The notes beneath the pieces were generated by a model. It was given only the letters and a program-made list of their open reading frames with translations. It ran no database searches and had not been told where the DNA came from. Source: Candidatus Krumholzibacteriia bacterium (GTDB lineage: Bacteria; Krumholzibacteriota; Krumholzibacteriia; WVZY01). Taken from it: DNA of 64,000 nt. Position numbers and translations under genes: made by a program. The stretch lies in assembly GCA_046754105.1 (NCBI GenBank), contig JBHHVD010000002.1, positions 7,551-71,550 of the forward strand, in the 5' to 3' direction. This document shows positions 60,152 through 64,000 of this stretch, piece after piece (positions within the stretch are counted from its first letter, which is position 1; each line of letters opens with the position of its first letter).

Positions 60152-61002
60152 TCCTCCCCGCTCAAGCGAACGGTGCCTTCGAACGTAACGGCCGTGGGGC
60201 CCTCCAGGATCACGCCACTCGCCCCCCCCACTTCCGCTTCGAACCGCACCGCCAGGACGTCGCCGCCGCGCGCCACCAGCCGTACGGGACTCGCAGCCAG
60301 CCCGAGGTGCGACAGCACCACAGCCGCCGCCACGGCACCGGTCCCGCAAGCCTCCGTCTCGGCCTCGACCCCCCGTTCGTAGGTCCGAATGGCGATCTCT
60401 CCGCCGGCGAGCGGGGTGACGAAATCCACGTTCGCCCCGTCGGGGGCGAACGTCTTGTGCTCGCGAATTGCACGGCCCCGGAGGGCGATCTCGTCGTCGC
60501 CGAGCGCCCGCGCCCCGTCCACTACGACGACGGCGTGGGGAACCCCCGTGTTGACAAAATGCACAATTTCTTCGCCCGCCGCAACCTTCACGGAAACGTC
60601 TTTTCGAAAACCGGTTGCGTCGGCCATGGATATGGCGACCTTGCGGCCGTCGACCTCGCCCGCCAGGACACCCGACCCGGCGACGAAGCGCAGCCTCACC
60701 GTCTGCCCCCGCTTTTCCCCCAGCCCGAGCCCGGCCGCGTGAAAAACGGCGCACCTCGCCCCGTTCCCGCACATCTCCGCCTCTCCCCCGTCACTATTAT
60801 AATAGCGCATTCGGAATGCCGCCTCCTCCGCCGCCTCGAGTAGAATCACACCGTCCGCCCCAACCCCTCGCCTGCGATCGCAAACGGCGCGAATCGCATT
60901 GCGACCGAGTGCCAATCCCGCCGCGCGGTTGTCGATCACGATGAAGTCGTTACCGGCGCCATGCATCTTGACGAAGCGGAACTCCACGGTGCTATCCCCC
61001 AT
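60148..61002 (-). CDS. dapF: Diaminopimelate epimerase
   Basis: KMHGAGNDF, EMCGNGARC, GVPHAV, ERGVEAETEACGTG. Confidence 0.97.
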   Translation of the reverse strand: MGDSTVEFRFVKMHGAGNDFIVIDNRAAGLALGRNAIRAVCDRRRGVGADGVILLEAAEEAAFRMRYYNSDGGEAEMCGNGARCAVFHAAGLGLGEKRGQTVRLRFVAGSGVLAGEVDGRKVAISMADATGFRKDVSVKVAAGEEIVHFVNTGVPHAVVVVDGARALGDDEIALRGRAIREHKTFAPDGANVDFVTPLAGGEIAIRTYERGVEAETEACGTGAVAAAVVLSHLGLAASPVRLVARGGDVLAVRFEAEVGGASGVILEGPTAVTFEGTVRLSGEE

Positions 61003-62059
61003 TGGCGTCCTCCAGCAGCAGCTCGCCCACCCGGACCTTGTCCCCCGGCTCTATACGAAGCGTATCCGGATACATTACGCATGGCTCCCGGCAGGCGCGA
61101 GAAGAATCGTCCGCGCACGGATAGGTCCCACACAGGCTGTCGTCCCTGAAATCCAGGAAGCTCCACAAGACGTAGGTTCCCGCGAGCACCTCCAGGTCGA
61201 ACGACCCGTCGGCGCTGCAGCGCACGTAGTACGCCGGCGGCAGGCTGTCCGACCGTTCGTGCATGGTCACGACCACGGGCACGCTGTCCACGCCGGTCCG
61301 GTTGTCGACCGTGCCGGTCACCGACGCGGGCTCTGTGGGGTCCACGACATAAAAACTGATTCCCTCCCGCTGCGGGACCTCCGGGGACAGGGACAGGGTA
61401 TCGCCGGGCGCGGCCGCCTCCCGCTCCCGGTTGTAGTCGAGATTCCCGTTCTGGTCCTGAAACGCCCAAAGGAGGAACGCCTCGCCGCTGGTCGGCAGGT
61501 AATCGAACCGGAACGTGCCGTCGGCCGCGCACGCCGCCTCCCGCTCCGGCCGCGCCGCCTCCGCGGAGAATGCACTGTCCTTTGGAAGCACGAAGAGACG
61601 GACGACGCCCTTGTCACTGGGCTTGCGCCGAAACAGCACCCGGCCCGCAATGACACCGCTGTCAATGGCGGCCGAGGTCGCGAACGCGAACCGGAAACCG
61701 CTCTTGTTGGCCACGCCGTGCGCGTCGCTAAAACCCGGCCTCAGCTCGACGACGTAGGTGGTGTCCGCGTGGAGCGGTTCTTCGAGCTCGAGCCTCAACG
61801 CATCCCCTTTCCACCTCGCCTTCTTGATCGTCACCGGCGGGTGGAGGTCCAGCAGGCGTTCCATACGGGGCTTGCGCATACTCTCATCGAAGGTAATCTC
61901 GATCGGCGTGTCCACCGCCACCCCGGCCGAGCCGTCTCTCGGCAGGGTCGCCGAAACCTCCGGCGCCCGCGTGTCCTCCGGCCCCCCCGGCGGCGGCTCG
62001 GGGATCGCGCACGCCGCCGAGAGAACTACGACCGCCGCCACCCATATGCGGCGGGTCAT
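60992..62059 (-). CDS. Ig-like (Big_5) domain lipoprotein
   Basis: SAACA lipobox followed by PPPGGPEDTRAP, ITFDESM, DTTYVV. Confidence 0.8.
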   Translation of the reverse strand: MTRRIWVAAVVVLSAACAIPEPPPGGPEDTRAPEVSATLPRDGSAGVAVDTPIEITFDESMRKPRMERLLDLHPPVTIKKARWKGDALRLELEEPLHADTTYVVELRPGFSDAHGVANKSGFRFAFATSAAIDSGVIAGRVLFRRKPSDKGVVRLFVLPKDSAFSAEAARPEREAACAADGTFRFDYLPTSGEAFLLWAFQDQNGNLDYNREREAAAPGDTLSLSPEVPQREGISFYVVDPTEPASVTGTVDNRTGVDSVPVVVTMHERSDSLPPAYYVRCSADGSFDLEVLAGTYVLWSFLDFRDDSLCGTYPCADDSSRACREPCVMYPDTLRIEPGDKVRVGELLLEDANGG

Positions 62060-62997
62060 CAACCCGCATCCCCCGTCGGTGGAATGAGCAGCGAGAGGAG
62101 CGCACGTTGCACGTGCAGGCGGTTTTCGGCCTCGTCGAATACCAGGCTCCGATCGGATTCGATGACTTCATCCGTAATCTCTTCGCCGCGATGGGCGGGC
62201 AGGCAGTGCAGCACCACCGCGTGGGAAGGCGCTCGTTCGACGAGGGCGCGGTTGACCTGGAATCCCGCGAAATCCGATCGGCGTTTCGCCGCCTGCTCCT
62301 CCTGCCCCATCGACGCCCACACGTCCGTGTAGACAACGTCCGCCCCTGTCACCGCTCGTTCGGGATCGTTTACTTCGCTGTACAGTTCCGCGTCCCGCCC
62401 GAGCGCGTCATCGACGAACTCCCGTTCGACGCCGTAACCCTTGGGACAGCCCAACACGAAGCGGAATGACAACCGCGCTGCGGCGTTGACCCAGCTGCGT
62501 GCGACGTTGTTTCCGTCACCCAGAAAGGCCACGGTGAGGTTGTCGAGGTTGCCGCGGTGCTCCTGGATCGTCATCAGGTCTGCGAGTATCTGGCACGGGT
62601 GTAACAGGTCGGTCAAACCGTTAATCACGGGCACCGAGGCGAACTCGGCCAGCCTCTCTACGATGCCGTGGTCGAAAGTCCTGATCATAACACCGCTGAC
62701 GTACCGCGAGAGCACCCGCGCTACGTCCTGCGGTGCCTCACGGCTCCCGACACCGATTTCCTTGTCGGTCAGGTAGAGCGAATCGCCTCCGAGGTGATGC
62801 ATGGCTACCTCGAAACTCACCCGCGTTCTCAAGGAGGGCTTGTGAAAAATGCACGCGAGGGTCTTGCCGGCGTGCGTTTGTGGAAGCGCTCCCGTGGCGA
62901 GCCGTTCCTTTTGCTGGAGCGCGAGCGCGATGATTTCCCGGATTCCCTCAGCATTGTAGTCGGCGATCGAAATGAAATCCTTGTGGCGCAGCGCCAT
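62059..62997 (-). CDS. argF: Ornithine carbamoyltransferase
   Basis: SLRTRVSF, HPCQ, GDGNNV, DVWASMG, HCLPAHRG. Confidence 0.96.
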   Translation of the reverse strand: MALRHKDFISIADYNAEGIREIIALALQQKERLATGALPQTHAGKTLACIFHKPSLRTRVSFEVAMHHLGGDSLYLTDKEIGVGSREAPQDVARVLSRYVSGVMIRTFDHGIVERLAEFASVPVINGLTDLLHPCQILADLMTIQEHRGNLDNLTVAFLGDGNNVARSWVNAAARLSFRFVLGCPKGYGVEREFVDDALGRDAELYSEVNDPERAVTGADVVYTDVWASMGQEEQAAKRRSDFAGFQVNRALVERAPSHAVVLHCLPAHRGEEITDEVIESDRSLVFDEAENRLHVQRALLSLLIPPTGDAG

Positions 62998-63014
62998 TTC
63001 CTCTCCTTTGGAAC

Positions 63015-63998
63015 TCACAATATATAGCGCGTCAAATCCTCATCGGCGAGAATATCATCGAGCTTGCCCTTTACGTGCTTGCCCGTGAACTCGACACGTT
63101 TTTGGCCCGATTCGGGAAGATCGAAGAGTACTTTTTCCAGCAGCGTGGCGAGAACGGTCTGCAGGCGGCGCGCGCCGATGTTCTCGGAGCGTTCGTTCGC
63201 CAGGCCGGCCACGCGCGCGATTTCGACCAGAGCATCATCGGTGAAAACCAGCTGGCAGTCCTCGGCGAGTAGAAGGGCCTGGTACTGTTTGACCAATGAA
63301 TTAGCCGGCTCCTTTAGAATGCGCACGAAATCTTCCGGCCCGAGCGAAGACAATTCGACCCGGATGGGAAACCTGCCCTGGAACTCGGGGATCAAGTCGG
63401 AAGGTTTCGACATGTTGAACGCACCCGCCGCCACGAACAAGACGTGGTCCGTTTTCACCACCCCGTGACGCGTGTTGATCGAACATCCTTCCACAATCGG
63501 CAGCAGGTCGCGCTGCACGCCCTCGCGCGACACGTCGGGTCCCGAGTGCGCCGTGCCACCGGCGATCTTGTCGATCTCGTCTATGAAGACGATCCCGTTG
63601 GTTTCCACCCGGCGTTTTGCCTCGGTGACGACCTTTTCCATATCGATCGCCTTGCCCGTCTCTTCGGCACGCAGGTGCTCACGGGCGCGGTCGATAGTGA
63701 GCTCCCGTTCACCGGTGCTCTGCGGGGCGAACGGATTGATGTTGCCCGGAAACTGAACGCCCATTTCCTCCGTCCCGCCGCGCGAGAAGATTTCGATCAT
63801 GGGACCGGCCGTCGCTGCCGTTTTGACCCGGACCTTTCGGGCCTCGAGATCCCCGTCACGGAGCTTGCGGCGAAGTTTCTCGCGGGTCCGTTCCCGTCGC
63901 TCGTGGGCCTCGTCCTCGTCATCGGCGAGCGGGACCGACGGGTCCGGCATCAACAGATCTATCAGCCGCTCCTCGACGGCTTCCTCGACGCGCGCCGC
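63015..63998 (-). CDS. hslU: HslU ATPase subunit, C-terminal part (5' end outside window)
   Basis: FIDEIDKI, VSREGVQRDLLPIVEG, PEFQGRFPIRVEL, NIGARRL, DLTRYIL. Confidence 0.97.
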   Translation of the reverse strand, partial: AARVEEAVEERLIDLLMPDPSVPLADDEDEAHERRERTREKLRRKLRDGDLEARKVRVKTAATAGPMIEIFSRGGTEEMGVQFPGNINPFAPQSTGERELTIDRAREHLRAEETGKAIDMEKVVTEAKRRVETNGIVFIDEIDKIAGGTAHSGPDVSREGVQRDLLPIVEGCSINTRHGVVKTDHVLFVAAGAFNMSKPSDLIPEFQGRFPIRVELSSLGPEDFVRILKEPANSLVKQYQALLLAEDCQLVFTDDALVEIARVAGLANERSENIGARRLQTVLATLLEKVLFDLPESGQKRVEFTGKHVKGKLDDILADEDLTRYIL

Positions 63999-64000
63999 GA

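Overview
High-GC bacterial chromosome segment from a diderm (lptE, lapA/lapB, Omp85-type gene). The gene content suggests an FCB-associated or deltaproteobacteria-like lineage, but this is inference only. Most of the window is housekeeping: leuS, holA, hemN-hemH-hemY, apt, an RpoS-like sigma, metH, pcm/surE, gpsA-plsY-der, miaA-mutL-mutS, lapAB, rpsA, cmk, hisC, rluB-scpB-scpA, xerD, rpsT, proS, dapBAF, argF, hslU and four tRNAs (Arg-CCT, Pro-CGG, Pro-GGG, Gly-CCC). A clear dif site at 5335-5362, where gene orientation converges, marks the probable replication terminus. No CRISPR array, IS element or prophage was seen. The strongest unexplained signal is the 650-bp intergenic region 9196-9841. 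It holds a sigma54-type promoter driving a 15-aa tandem-Trp peptide (MRKICLIDLLWWLRR) inside a switchable RNA fold with no downstream operon. It also holds an opposing promoter and a separately promoted, terminated ~135-nt structured sRNA whose unpaired CU-rich segment is complementary to the metH ribosome-binding site. Other notable items are a frameshifted but possibly translationally coupled metH, a Cys-less TusA homologue, a second candidate sRNA near 14.2 kb, TMTC-like glycosyltransferase paralogues, a degenerate-GGDEF protein between mutS and mutL, and a metallopeptidase-propeller-Omp85 fusion. All RNA folds and motif matches were done by eye.
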